Below, piece after piece: positions 18,297 to 28,200 of a DNA stretch of 64,000 nt; the stretch's first letter is position 1, and every line of letters starts with the position of its first letter. This stretch comes from Gemmatimonas sp. (GTDB lineage: Bacteria > Gemmatimonadota > Gemmatimonadetes > Gemmatimonadales > Gemmatimonadaceae): positions 32,001 to 96,000 of the forward strand of contig JANNVQ010000041.1 in the NCBI GenBank assembly GCA_031414535.1, read 5' to 3'. The position numbers and the translations under genes were made by a program. Under the pieces are notes generated by a model. That model was not told the origin of the DNA. It searched no databases and was given only the letters and a program-made list of their open reading frames with translations.

Positions 18297-19180
18297 CCCA
18301 AACCCTACGCGGCGCCATCACGGCGCTCGTCACGCCGTTCACGGCCGACGGTAAAGTGGATGAGCGCGCCTTGGCTGCGCTCGTGGAGTGGCAGATCGCC
18401 GAGGGCATTCACGGCATCGTGCCTGTGGGTTCGACCGGTGAGGCCGTGACGCTCTCGCTGGCCGAGCGCGAACGCATCGTGCGCGTGGTGGTCGAGGCCG
18501 TAAAGGGACGCGTGCCGGTGATTGCAGGGGCTGGCTCCAACGATACGTCCGCGGCCATCGAAGCTTCTCGTGTGCTCGGCAAGGCCGGGGCGACGCATCT
18601 GCTCCACGTCTCGCCGATGTACAACAAGCCGCCGCAACGGGGCATCGTGGCGCACTTCCGCGCTGTGGCCGATGCGTCGCCGCTGCCAGTGGTGCTGTAT
18701 AACGTGCCAGGACGCACGGGCAGCAACATGAGCGCCGAGACCACGCTGGAGCTCGCGGAGCACGCGAACATCTGCGCGGTCAAGGAAGCCTCGGGCAACA
18801 CCGGGCAGATTGACGCCATCCTGCGCGGACGCCCTGAGGGCTTCGCTGTACTGTCTGGCGACGATGGCCTCACGCTCGCCGTGATGGCGGCGGGCGGCGA
18901 CGGCGTGATTTCCGTCATCTCCAACGCGGTGCCAAAACTTTGTGCGCAACTCACGGACGCGCTCGCCAAGAGTGATCTCGCCACGGCGAGCCTTATTCAT
19001 CACCGGCTGGCTCCGCTCGTGGATGCGGCGTTCATCGAGAGCAATCCGATTCCCATCAAGGCCGCGCTCGCCATGATGGGCAAATTGCAGAACGTCCTGC
19101 GCCTCCCGCTCGTGCCGCTTGAGTCCAAGCACGAGGCGCGGATGTCGGCGGCGCTGCGCATCGCCGGAGTGTCGCTGTGA
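18293..19180 (+). CDS. dapA: 4-hydroxy-tetrahydrodipicolinate synthase
   Basis: [39 protein letters not shown]. Confidence 0.97.
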   Translation: MTQTLRGAITALVTPFTADGKVDERALAALVEWQIAEGIHGIVPVGSTGEAVTLSLAERERIVRVVVEAVKGRVPVIAGAGSNDTSAAIEASRVLGKAGATHLLHVSPMYNKPPQRGIVAHFRAVADASPLPVVLYNVPGRTGSNMSAETTLELAEHANICAVKEASGNTGQIDAILRGRPEGFAVLSGDDGLTLAVMAAGGDGVISVISNAVPKLCAQLTDALAKSDLATASLIHHRLAPLVDAAFIESNPIPIKAALAMMGKLQNVLRLPLVPLESKHEARMSAALRIAGVSL

Positions 19181-20028
19181 AGCTGACCGCGCAACAGTTG
19201 GAGCACGAGATCGAACGCCTTTTCCCGATGGCGGCGGACAAGCTCCCAATCGAGACGGAGGCCGTGGTGCTTGCCTTGCTCGACTCGCTGGAAGCGGGCG
19301 AGGTCCGTAGCGCCACCAAGGGCGATGACGGACACTGGCGCGCCGTGCCGTGGGTGAAGCGCGGTATTCTGCTCGGCTTCCGTGCAGGCCGCATCGTCGA
19401 GATGGGCGACAAGCACTCGCCGTTCCGATTCTTTGACAAGCATACGTATACCACGCGGCCGCTCACGCTCGCGCACAATGTGCGCGTGGTGCCCGGCGGC
19501 TCGACGATTCGTCGTGGCGCGTACTTGGCACCCGGCGTCGTCTGCATGCCGCCCATGTATGTGAATGTTGGCAGTTGGGTCGGTGCCGGCACGATGATTG
19601 ATTCGCACGTGCTCGTCGGCTCCTGCGCGCAGATCGGTGCGCGTGTGCACTTGAGCGCGGCCGCGCAGATTGGCGGCGTGCTGGAGCCGGTGAATGCATC
19701 GCCCGTGATCATCGAAGATGACGTGATTGTCGGGGGAAATTGCGGCGTATACGAGGGTACCGTGGTGCGCGAGAAGGCGGTGCTCGCGGCCGGTGTCGTG
19801 CTCACGCGCGGCACGCCCGTGTTCGATCTCGTGAAGGAGGCCGTGTATCGCGCCACAGCCGATGCGCCGCTCGAGATTCCAGCAGGCGCCGTGGTGGTCC
19901 CCGGTGCACGCGCCGTGAAGGGTGGCTTCGCGGCGGAGCAGGGGCTCTCGCTCCAAACGCCGGTGATTGTGAAGTACCGCGACGAAAAGACAGACCTCGC
20001 AACTGCGTTAGAAAGTTGGTTGCGCTGA
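19177..20028 (+). CDS. dapD: Tetrahydrodipicolinate N-succinyltransferase
   Basis: [16 protein letters not shown], hexapeptide repeats, IGGVLEP. Confidence 0.93.
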   Translation: MKLTAQQLEHEIERLFPMAADKLPIETEAVVLALLDSLEAGEVRSATKGDDGHWRAVPWVKRGILLGFRAGRIVEMGDKHSPFRFFDKHTYTTRPLTLAHNVRVVPGGSTIRRGAYLAPGVVCMPPMYVNVGSWVGAGTMIDSHVLVGSCAQIGARVHLSAAAQIGGVLEPVNASPVIIEDDVIVGGNCGVYEGTVVREKAVLAAGVVLTRGTPVFDLVKEAVYRATADAPLEIPAGAVVVPGARAVKGGFAAEQGLSLQTPVIVKYRDEKTDLATALESWLR

Positions 20029-20044
20029 GTCGGCGCGCTCCGCG

Positions 20045-21304
20045 ATGAACACGCTCCGCGTTCCCGGCGACAAGTCCATCTCCCACCGCGCGCTCATGCT
20101 CGCGGTGCTGGGCAACGGATCTTCGCGCATTCGCGGCATCCTGCAGAGTGCCGATGTGCACTCCACCGCGGCGGTGTTGCGCGCGCTCGGTGCGCAGATT
20201 CCTGAGCTCGACGCGCCCGAGATTGTGATCAACGGATTGGGCCTGCGCGGTTTGCGCACGTCGAGCGTTGAGCTCGACTGCGGAAACTCTGGCACGACGG
20301 CGCGCCTGATGTCTGGTGCGGTAGCTGGGGCTGGCGTGGATGCCACGTTCATCGGAGATGCGAGCCTCAGCCGGCGCCCCATGGAGCGTGTCGCAGCGCC
20401 GCTCTCGGCGATGGGTGCACGGGTGGAACTCCCCGAGCACGGCGGACTCCCGATGGTCATGCGCGGCGCGCCGCTGAAGGGCATTACCTGGCATCCCGAT
20501 ATCGCAAGCGCACAGGTGAAGAGCGCCATCTTGCTGGCTGGACTGGTGGCCGATGTGCCGGTTGAAGTGCACGAGCCTGCCACCACCCGCGATCACAGCG
20601 AGCGCATGCTGCGCGCGCGTGGCGTGGACGTGCGCAGCGACGGCAATGTGGTGTCGCTCAATCCGCGTGCGCGCTTGGACGCTGGGGATGTGGATGTGCC
20701 TGGCGATCCGTCGTCCGCTGCATTCGTCGCAGGCCTCGCTGCGCTGAACGGAGTGAAGGACGCAGCGGTGCGCATCGAAAACGTCGGCATCAACCCCGGT
20801 CGGCTCGGTGCCTTCGCCGCACTACGTCGTATGGGTGCCCAGATCGCCTTCGAGGACGTTGCGGACCAGGGTGGGGAGCCCGTCGCCGCTCTCGTATGCC
20901 GTGCGGGCGCGCTCAAAGGCATCACCATCACGCCAGATGAAGTGCCGAGCCTCATTGATGAATTGCCGCTTTTGGCCTGCGTTGCGGCGAGGGCCGAAGG
21001 CGAGACGCGCGTGACTGGTGCTGGCGAGCTGCGCGTGAAGGAGAGCGATCGCATCAAGACCGTCGTCAGCAACCTGCACGCCCTTGGTGTAGACGCCGAG
21101 GAGTTGCCCGATGGCTTCATTGTGCGCGGAACCCAACAGCGCCTCATGGGCAAAGCCACCACCCACGGCGACCATCGCATTGCGATGGCCTTTGGTGTGC
21201 TGGGTGCGCTACCTGGCAATGCGGTTGAAGTAGACGACCCGTTCTGTTGTGCGGTCAGTTGGCCTAGTTTCTGGGACGACCTCCAACGCGTGAAACGTGA
21301 CTGA
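20045..21304 (+). CDS. aroA: 3-phosphoshikimate 1-carboxyvinyltransferase (EPSP synthase)
   Basis: PGDKSISHR, DCGNSGT, SAQVKSA, RDHSE, ELRVKESDR, DHRIAM. Confidence 0.96.
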   Translation: MNTLRVPGDKSISHRALMLAVLGNGSSRIRGILQSADVHSTAAVLRALGAQIPELDAPEIVINGLGLRGLRTSSVELDCGNSGTTARLMSGAVAGAGVDATFIGDASLSRRPMERVAAPLSAMGARVELPEHGGLPMVMRGAPLKGITWHPDIASAQVKSAILLAGLVADVPVEVHEPATTRDHSERMLRARGVDVRSDGNVVSLNPRARLDAGDVDVPGDPSSAAFVAGLAALNGVKDAAVRIENVGINPGRLGAFAALRRMGAQIAFEDVADQGGEPVAALVCRAGALKGITITPDEVPSLIDELPLLACVAARAEGETRVTGAGELRVKESDRIKTVVSNLHALGVDAEELPDGFIVRGTQQRLMGKATTHGDHRIAMAFGVLGALPGNAVEVDDPFCCAVSWPSFWDDLQRVKRD

Positions 21305-21998
21305 GCGCCGCAAACCATTGGTCATCGCCATCGATGGCCCCGCTGCATCCGGAAAATCCTCCACGGCGAAGTGGGTCGCGCGGGAGTTAGGCGTGCTGCA
21401 CGTGGACTCGGGTTCGCTGTATCGCGCCGCGACGGCCGCCGCGTTGCGCACGGAGCCGGACGTAACCAAGTGGACGGAGTCAAGCGTGCTCACTGCCGCG
21501 CAGCCGATTCACTTGGTCCCGGGCGAGACCACCTTTCACCCGTACATCGGCGACCAAGACCTCGAGGCCGACCTGCGCGGGAAGGCCGTCACAGCGAATG
21601 TGAGCTTTGTGGCGCAGATGCAGGGCCTTCGTGCTTGGGTAAATGCACAGGTGCAGGCTGCGGCCGAGGGTCACGCGGTGGTGGTGGATGGCCGTGACAT
21701 GGGCACCGCGGTTTTTCCAAAGGCTCGCGTGAAGATTTTTCTCGTCGCCGATTCGTGGGAACGGGCGCGCCGTCGCTTGGTACAGCGTCTGCAACGCGCC
21801 CCGGGCGACGACGAGATCGCCGCTGAGGTCGAGGCCCTTATCCAGCGCGATGTGAAGGATGAAGCACAGACCAAGCAGGCCGCGGACGCCGTACGTATCG
21901 ATACCACTGCGCTCACGCAGGAAGAGCAGGTCGAGCGCATCGTGGCTATGGCACGCCAGGCAATGCGCGGTGCGCTCTTACCCCCAGTCGCTGACTGA
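21297..21998 (+). CDS. cmk: Cytidylate kinase
   Basis: IAIDGPAASGKSS, DSGSLYRA, VVDGRDMGTAVFP. Confidence 0.95.
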   Translation: MTERRKPLVIAIDGPAASGKSSTAKWVARELGVLHVDSGSLYRAATAAALRTEPDVTKWTESSVLTAAQPIHLVPGETTFHPYIGDQDLEADLRGKAVTANVSFVAQMQGLRAWVNAQVQAAAEGHAVVVDGRDMGTAVFPKARVKIFLVADSWERARRRLVQRLQRAPGDDEIAAEVEALIQRDVKDEAQTKQAADAVRIDTTALTQEEQVERIVAMARQAMRGALLPPVAD

Positions 21999-22062
21999 CG
22001 CACCTGTCTACTGCTAACCCGCTAGTTGTTCGTACGAGGAAGTGCGGCTACTGACTTTATCG

Positions 22063-23511
22063 CTACGCAATCTCTTCGCGATGCAGGTCCATGTTGTGCC
22101 GCCGCAGCCATCCGGAGTACAACGAGTCTTTCTCGTAGCGGTTCATCACCGCCTTCGTAAACACCACCGCGAGCATGAGCGGCATCACGAGCTCGAAGTC
22201 GTGCGTCATTTCAAACACGAGGAGAATGCCCGTGATAGGCGCGCCGGTCGCCCCCGCGACCATCGCCCCCATGCCCGCGAGTGCGTAGAGGGCAGGGTCC
22301 ACCTGCGCGGCGGGAAACGCCGACTGCACGAGCACACCGAACGCGCCGCCGGTTGTCGCGCCCACGAAGAGCGCTGGCGTAAACACTCCCCCCGACCCGC
22401 CGGCGTTCAACGTCAACGATGTGGCGAGAATCTTTGCGACGGCGAGGCTGATGAGCGTCCACCAAGGCATGCGGCCAAATAGTTCCAGTGGCGCATTCAG
22501 ATGGCCGTCTCCTGCCGTTGCACCCTGCGTGACAAATGCAATGATGCCAACGAGCATACCGCCGAGCCACGGCAACCAGCGCGCGCTGATGCGACCCGTG
22601 CGCACAAACGCATCCACGCCAAAGTACGTGCGCACGAACAACGTGCCCATCAGCGCACAGATGACACCGAGCGCGGGGAGCAGTAGCCCGATTTCCCAAC
22701 CGCTGAGTGCGCCGAGCTCGCCTGGAACGGGGAACGCCGGACCCGAGCCAAAAATGCCTCGCGCCACCACCGCCGCCACCACCGCCGCCACCACGACGGG
22801 CGAGAAGTATCCGCCAGCAAAGGTGCCGAGTATTTCCTCAAGCGCGAAAAACGCACCGGCGAGCGGTGCATTGAACGCGGCAGAAATTGCGCCCGCCGCG
22901 CCGCAGGCCACGAGCACACGCAGGCGGCCCGGCTTGAAGCGAAACATTCGCCCAAGCCAAGAACCCAGCGTGGCGCCGATGACGACCACTGGCCCCTCTG
23001 CGCCGGCCGAACCGCCGCCACCAATCGTGATGGCACTCGCCAGCGTGCGACCAAGCGCAGGGCGAGGGGCGATGCGGCCACCCCGATGCTCCACGGCGGC
23101 CTGAATATCTGGAACGTTCATGCCGTCGTGTTCGCGCCCCACGATACGCATCGTCCACGATGCCACGGCAAACGTCACGGCAGTCAGGAGCGGCCGGAAC
23201 GCGAGGAGGCCCAACTCTGGCAGCACCAGCGCTGGCGCCACCACGAGCGCCGAGTGCGCAAGCGAGATCCCTTTGTAGAAACCCAGCACCCCGAGGGCAG
23301 CACCGATTCCGATCACCACGGCGAAAGCCACGAGCGTCGGTTCGGCCCCGAGCCGAAGTGCGGTAAAACGCTGTACGAGGTGGTCGCGACCCGACCGCAG
23401 CGCGTGCAGCAGGCGACGTCGGCCCCGGCGCACCCGCGTGCGGACGACCCGGATAGACCGGCTCGAACGTCTCGCCCGAGGCGAGCCGTCGTCGGGGGGT
23501 GGTGCGTTCAT
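22063..23511 (-). CDS. CLC-family anion channel/antiporter without CBS domains
   Basis: GGGSAGAEGP, GAAGAISAAFNAPLAG, FALEE, GGSGGVFTP, APITGILLVFEMT, SLY. Confidence 0.92.
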   Translation of the reverse strand: MNAPPPDDGSPRARRSSRSIRVVRTRVRRGRRRLLHALRSGRDHLVQRFTALRLGAEPTLVAFAVVIGIGAALGVLGFYKGISLAHSALVVAPALVLPELGLLAFRPLLTAVTFAVASWTMRIVGREHDGMNVPDIQAAVEHRGGRIAPRPALGRTLASAITIGGGGSAGAEGPVVVIGATLGSWLGRMFRFKPGRLRVLVACGAAGAISAAFNAPLAGAFFALEEILGTFAGGYFSPVVVAAVVAAVVARGIFGSGPAFPVPGELGALSGWEIGLLLPALGVICALMGTLFVRTYFGVDAFVRTGRISARWLPWLGGMLVGIIAFVTQGATAGDGHLNAPLELFGRMPWWTLISLAVAKILATSLTLNAGGSGGVFTPALFVGATTGGAFGVLVQSAFPAAQVDPALYALAGMGAMVAGATGAPITGILLVFEMTHDFELVMPLMLAVVFTKAVMNRYEKDSLYSGWLRRHNMDLHREEIA

Positions 23512-23552
23512 TGCTCGCGGAATCTAACCCCTTATGCCGCAATGCGTTCTGC

Positions 23553-23581
23553 TTGACCTTGGGGCAGTTGGCTGGTAGCTT
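23553..23581 (+). promoter_or_regulatory. Sigma70-type promoter for rpsA
   Basis: TTGACC-N17-TAGCTT. Confidence 0.65.
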
Positions 23582-23667
23582 TACAGGCTTGCCCGAAATA
23601 CGGGCCGCGTAGGCCAAACTTCCTTTCCTCGTCCGCGGCGAGCCGAACCCCCGCGTGTGGAGTTGTC

Positions 23668-25458
23668 ATGACCGTAGCCGATATGCTGAGCCCAGAGGAA
23701 ATCGCGCGCCAAAAGCGCGATGCCCAGCGCGCCCAGCTCCGCCCCCTCGCCAACCGCCGCCCCGAGCTCTACGACGAAGATGAAATCTCGTCGGATGAAT
23801 TCGAAGCGATGATGGAGATGTACAACGGGACCCTCGCTTCCATCGAAGAAGGCGAGATCGTTAAGTCCCGTGTGCTTGAGATTCGCGAGAACCTCGTCGT
23901 GCTCGATATCGGATTCAAGTCCGAAGGCACGATCCCGCTCGAAGAATTCAAGGACATGCCCGAGCTCAAGGTCGGGGACGAAGTCGAAGTCCTCCTTGAG
24001 CACCTCGAAGATTCCGAGGGCTCGGTCGTATTGTCGAAGAAGAAGGCCGACTTCATGCGCGTGTGGGAGCGTATCCGCGTCGCGTACGAGTCCGACCAGC
24101 CGGTGACCGGCACGCTCGTCAAGAAGATCAAGGGTGGCGTGGTCGTCGACCTCATGGGTGTCGACGCCTTCCTCCCGGGTTCGCAGATCGCGCTGCGTCG
24201 CGTGCCGAACATCGACGAGCTCCTCGGCCACACCTACGACTTCAAGATCATCAAGCTCAACAAGCGCCGCCGCAACATCGTGGTGTCGCGCCGTGTGATA
24301 CTGGAAACCGAGCGCGCCGGCAAGCGTGAGAAGTTGATGAAGGAGTTGGCCAAGGATCAGGTCCGTAAGGGCGTGGTCAAGAACATCACGGACTTCGGTG
24401 CCTTCATCGATCTCGGCGGTGTTGACGGTCTGCTTCACATCACCGACATGTCCTGGGGCCGCATCTCGCATCCGAGCGAGATGGTCCACATCGGCATGGA
24501 GCTCGAGATCAAGGTGCTTGATATCGATTGGGAGCGCGAGCGCATCTCGCTCGGCCTCAAGCAGCTGCAGGCGTATCCGTGGAAGGATGTGGCGGACAAG
24601 TTCCCGGTCGGCACGCGCGTCTCGGGTAAGGTCGTCTCCATCACCAACTACGGCGCCTTCATTGAGCTCGAGCCGGGCATCGAAGGCCTCGTGCACATCT
24701 CCGAGATGAGCTGGACGCGCAACGTCCGTCATCCGTCGAAGCTCGTCAGCATTGGCGAGGCGATTGACGCGGTGGTGCTCAAGGTCGATCCGACCGAAGA
24801 GAAGATCTCGCTCGGCATGAAGCAGACTGAGCAGGATCCGTGGATGGTGTTGCCGCTCAAGTACCCGGTCGGCACCCGTCTCAACGGCAAGGTTCGTAAC
24901 CTGACCTCGTTCGGCGCCTTTGTCGAAATCGAGCCGGGCATCGACGGCCTCATTCACATCTCCGACATGTCCTGGACCAAGCGCGTCCAGCATCCGTCGG
25001 AAGTCGTGAAGAAGGGTGACGCGGTGGACGTGGTGATCCTCAACATTGACGCCGAGAACAAGCGCATCTCGCTCGGCCTCAAGCAAGCGTCCGAGGATCC
25101 GTGGCTGCGCATCGGCGAGACCCTGCCAGTTGGCACGGAAATGCCGGGCAAGGTCGCCCGCCTGATGGACAAGGGCGTGGTCGTGGACATCGGCAACGAC
25201 ATCGAAGGCTTCGTGCCGCTCTCGCACCTCAACATCTCGGGCCAGCAGGTCAACAGCTCGGCTGACGTGGCGTGGGAAGCGATGTTGATGAACGTGAAGA
25301 TTCTCGAGATTGACCCGATTCATCGTCGTATCGTGCTGGGCGTGACGGACATTCCGGCTGGTCAGGAGCGTCCGGCGGAGCCGAGCAAGGTGCACACGGA
25401 AGACGAAGAGCTGGCGCCGATTCCGGCTGACCTCGACGCGGTTGTTGACGACGAGTAA
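23668..25458 (+). CDS. rpsA: 30S ribosomal protein S1
   Basis: Repeated S1 domains (DIGFKSEG, FLPGSQ, GVDGLLHITDMSW, GIEGLVHISEMSW, GIDGLIHISDMSW). Confidence 0.98.
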   Translation: MTVADMLSPEEIARQKRDAQRAQLRPLANRRPELYDEDEISSDEFEAMMEMYNGTLASIEEGEIVKSRVLEIRENLVVLDIGFKSEGTIPLEEFKDMPELKVGDEVEVLLEHLEDSEGSVVLSKKKADFMRVWERIRVAYESDQPVTGTLVKKIKGGVVVDLMGVDAFLPGSQIALRRVPNIDELLGHTYDFKIIKLNKRRRNIVVSRRVILETERAGKREKLMKELAKDQVRKGVVKNITDFGAFIDLGGVDGLLHITDMSWGRISHPSEMVHIGMELEIKVLDIDWERERISLGLKQLQAYPWKDVADKFPVGTRVSGKVVSITNYGAFIELEPGIEGLVHISEMSWTRNVRHPSKLVSIGEAIDAVVLKVDPTEEKISLGMKQTEQDPWMVLPLKYPVGTRLNGKVRNLTSFGAFVEIEPGIDGLIHISDMSWTKRVQHPSEVVKKGDAVDVVILNIDAENKRISLGLKQASEDPWLRIGETLPVGTEMPGKVARLMDKGVVVDIGNDIEGFVPLSHLNISGQQVNSSADVAWEAMLMNVKILEIDPIHRRIVLGVTDIPAGQERPAEPSKVHTEDEELAPIPADLDAVVDDE

Positions 25459-25465
25459 GTAGCGG

Positions 25466-25486
25466 GACGGATGACGGAAGACGAAT
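25466..25486 (+). repeat. Heptamer element, solo left arm (GACGGAT GACGGAA GACGAAT)
   Basis: Begins 8 nt after the rpsA stop; same unit as the elements at 32793, 44124 and 45340. Confidence 0.75.
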
Positions 25487-25493
25487 GCAAACA

Positions 25494-25530
25494 GCGCCCC
25501 GGTTGAGCTTAGGCTCGGCCGGGGCGTTTG
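25494..25530 (+). terminator. Intrinsic terminator-like hairpin after rpsA
   Basis: GCGCCCCGGTTGAGC-TTAG-GCTCGGCCGGGGCGT followed by TTGTC; the U-tract is short. Confidence 0.65.
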
Positions 25531-25670
25531 TCATACTGAGGGCTTAGCACGAAAACCACCCATTCGTGCGATGTGGAGATCCGGCGCCCACCGCGAGGCT
25601 TAGTTGCAGTCCTCCAGCGCGGTCCCGCGCTGCACGTGATTGCTTGGCTTCTCGGTCCCAGGACTTCGAT

Positions 25671-26549
25671 ATGCAGTACACCACTCGCTCTCTCCTCGCG
25701 CTGACGCTCGTTCTCGCGGCATGTACGGACGGCGGCTCCATCACCGGCGCAGACGCAAGCGCCAGCGTGCGGTCCTCCATGCAGTCGGCACAGTCCAGCG
25801 ATTTCGCCGTGCTCGCGAACGCGGCCGCCACCTGCACAAACGGCACGATTCTCGGTGACGTCGGCACCAATCAGGCGACACCCACGGGCTCGTTCACGCA
25901 GACCGTTTGCCCCGTGACCGGTTCCATCCACATCGGTGATGGCGCCGCGCAGGGTGCCTATGCCTCGTTCCTCGCTTCCTACGCCGCCCTCGCGCCAGTT
26001 GCTGGCGAGAGCTGCACGATGTTGACCGGCACCTTGGCCGGCGTCACGCTGGCTCCTGGCACGTACTGCTTTGATGCCGCCGCCGCACTCACGGGCACGC
26101 TGACCCTCGACGGGCCCAGCAACGGCACGTGGATCTTTAAGATCGGCACCAGCGGCACCGGTGCGCTGACCGGCACGAACTTCAACGTTGTGCTCGCCAA
26201 CGGCGCCAATGCCTGCAACGTGACCTGGTGGGTGTCGCAGGCCGCGACGCTGACGACCTCGAACTTCCAGGGCAGCATCTGGGCCGGCGCTGCGATCACC
26301 CTCACGGGTGGGAGCTTCAACGGCAACGTCTGGTCGATGGCTGACGTGACGATCACGGGCACCGCGTTGGTTGGTTGCGGTGGCAGCACACCGGGCAACG
26401 GCAACGGTGGAAACAATGGCAGCAAGTGCAACCAAGGCGTCGGCAACGGCCCCGAGGGTTGCGATCCGGGGAAGTCGAATCGCCGGAACCCTTCGAATGA
26501 CGAACTCGGCGGACTGCCGGGCGAGCCGGGCCGGAAGGGCGGTCGCTAA
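25671..26549 (+). CDS. DUF3494 (ice-binding-like) lipoprotein
   Basis: Lipobox LAAC; FAVLA, GDVG, TLAPGTYCF, LTGTLTLDG, WIFKIG, NVTWWV, FQGSIWA are typical of the DUF3494 beta-solenoid. Confidence 0.85.
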   Translation: MQYTTRSLLALTLVLAACTDGGSITGADASASVRSSMQSAQSSDFAVLANAAATCTNGTILGDVGTNQATPTGSFTQTVCPVTGSIHIGDGAAQGAYASFLASYAALAPVAGESCTMLTGTLAGVTLAPGTYCFDAAAALTGTLTLDGPSNGTWIFKIGTSGTGALTGTNFNVVLANGANACNVTWWVSQAATLTTSNFQGSIWAGAAITLTGGSFNGNVWSMADVTITGTALVGCGGSTPGNGNGGNNGSKCNQGVGNGPEGCDPGKSNRRNPSNDELGGLPGEPGRKGGR

Positions 26550-26569
26550 GCTCCCGAACGTAAAGTGGG

Positions 26570-26610
26570 GACGTGTCGCCGCCGAGTGTTGCTCGGTGGC
26601 GACACGTCTT
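26570..26610 (+). terminator. 17-bp stem-loop downstream of the DUF3494 gene
   Basis: GACGTGTCGCCGCCGAG-TGTTG-CTCGGTGGCGACACGTC then TT; U-tract is weak. Confidence 0.55.
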
Positions 26611-26649
26611 GCGCTGTCAGCGGCCGCGCGCAAACGCTAGTTTTGGCGC

Positions 26650-28200
26650 ATGTCCATGCGCGAAAAACTCGATCTCCTTGCCCAACGCCGCGCCGAGTCC
26701 GAGCTCGGCGGCGGGGCCGACCGCCTGAAGGCCCAGCACGCGAAGGGCAAGCTGTCCGCCCGCGAGCGCCTTGAGGCTCTCCTCGACGAAGGCAGCTTCG
26801 TCGAACTCGACCGCTTTGTGACGCACCGGAGCAATGACTTCGGCCTCGACAAGCAGCGCCCTTACGGCGACGGGGTGGTCACCGGCTACGGCAAGATCCA
26901 CGGCCGCCTCGTCTATGTGTTCTCGCAGGACTTCACTGTGTTCGGTGGGTCGCTGTCCGAGGCCCATGCCTCCAAAATCTGCAAGGTGATGGATCTCGCG
27001 GTGCAGAACGGCGCCCCGATGATTGGCCTCAACGACTCCGGCGGCGCCCGCATTCAGGAAGGCGTGGTCTCGCTCGGCGGCTACGCCGAGATCTTCTACC
27101 GCAACACGATGGCCAGCGGCGTGATCCCGCAGATCTCGGCCATCCTCGGACCCTGCGCCGGCGGGGCCGTGTACTCGCCAGCCATCACGGACTTCGTGTA
27201 CATGGTGCGCGGCACGTCGTACATGTTCGTGACGGGCCCGAACGTGGTGAAGACGGTCACGCACGAAGACGTGACCATGGAACAGCTCGGCGGTGCGGAC
27301 ACGCACGGCGGCGCGAGCGGTGTCTCGCACTTCACGGCGGGTACGGAGATTGAGTGCCTCGACGGCATCCGCACGCTGATGCGCTTCATCCCGAGCAACA
27401 ACGTGGATGCAGCACCTCGCGGAGTCGGGGCAGACCCCCGCGACCGCCGCGACGAGGCCTTGCTCGACGTCATTCCGGACTCCGCGAATAAGCCCTACGA
27501 CATTCACGACGTCCTCAAGCGCGTCGTTGACGACGGCGAGTTCCTCGAAGTGCATCGGGACTTCGCGGCGAATATCGTCTGCGGCTTTGCGCACTTGGGT
27601 GGACACTCCGTGGGCATCATCGCCAATCAGCCGGCCGTGCTCGCCGGTGTGCTCGATATCAACGCCAGCGTAAAAGCCGCGCGCTTCATCCGCTTCTGCG
27701 ATGCCTTCAACATTCCGATTGTCACTTTCGAGGATGTGCCCGGCTTCTTGCCAGGAGTCGCCCAGGAGCACGGCGGCATCATTCGCCACGGCGCCAAGCT
27801 GCTCTATGCCTACTGCGAGGCCACGGTGCCCAAGCTCACCGTGATCACGCGCAAGGCCTACGGCGGCGCGTATGACGTGATGAGCTCCAAGCACATTCGC
27901 GGTGACATTAATCTCGCTTGGCCCACGGCAGAGATCGCGGTGATGGGGCCGAAGGGCGCGGTGGAGATCCTGTTCAAGAAGGAAATCGCCGACGCCAAGG
28001 ACCCGCAGGCCGCGATGGATGCGCGCGTAGCGGAGTACACGGACAAGTTTGCGAATCCCTACGTGGCGGCGGCGCACGGCTACGTGGACGACATCATCGA
28101 TCCGCGGGACACGCGTCCGCGCTTGATTGATGCGCTCGATATGCTACAGGGCAAGCGGGCCAAGGTGCCGGCCAAGAAGCACGGCTGCATTCCACTATGA
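26650..28200 (+). CDS. pccB: Acyl-CoA (propionyl-CoA-type) carboxylase carboxyltransferase subunit
   Basis: [64 protein letters not shown]. Confidence 0.92.
   Translation: MSMREKLDLLAQRRAESELGGGADRLKAQHAKGKLSARERLEALLDEGSFVELDRFVTHRSNDFGLDKQRPYGDGVVTGYGKIHGRLVYVFSQDFTVFGGSLSEAHASKICKVMDLAVQNGAPMIGLNDSGGARIQEGVVSLGGYAEIFYRNTMASGVIPQISAILGPCAGGAVYSPAITDFVYMVRGTSYMFVTGPNVVKTVTHEDVTMEQLGGADTHGGASGVSHFTAGTEIECLDGIRTLMRFIPSNNVDAAPRGVGADPRDRRDEALLDVIPDSANKPYDIHDVLKRVVDDGEFLEVHRDFAANIVCGFAHLGGHSVGIIANQPAVLAGVLDINASVKAARFIRFCDAFNIPIVTFEDVPGFLPGVAQEHGGIIRHGAKLLYAYCEATVPKLTVITRKAYGGAYDVMSSKHIRGDINLAWPTAEIAVMGPKGAVEILFKKEIADAKDPQAAMDARVAEYTDKFANPYVAAAHGYVDDIIDPRDTRPRLIDALDMLQGKRAKVPAKKHGCIPL

Noticed and set aside
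23581..25395. 604-aa antisense ORF over rpsA, and similar long shadow ORFs (5138-6928, 4053-5219, 26617-28077, 15721-17052)
   Set aside because: They mirror well-supported genes on the other strand, have no recognisable motifs, and are expected from codon bias in high-GC DNA.
25531..25670. Riboswitch (e.g. c-di-GMP) upstream of the DUF3494 gene
   Set aside because: Only short hairpins (GCACGAA/TTCGTGC, CAGCGCG/CGCGCTG); no riboswitch consensus that I can recognise.
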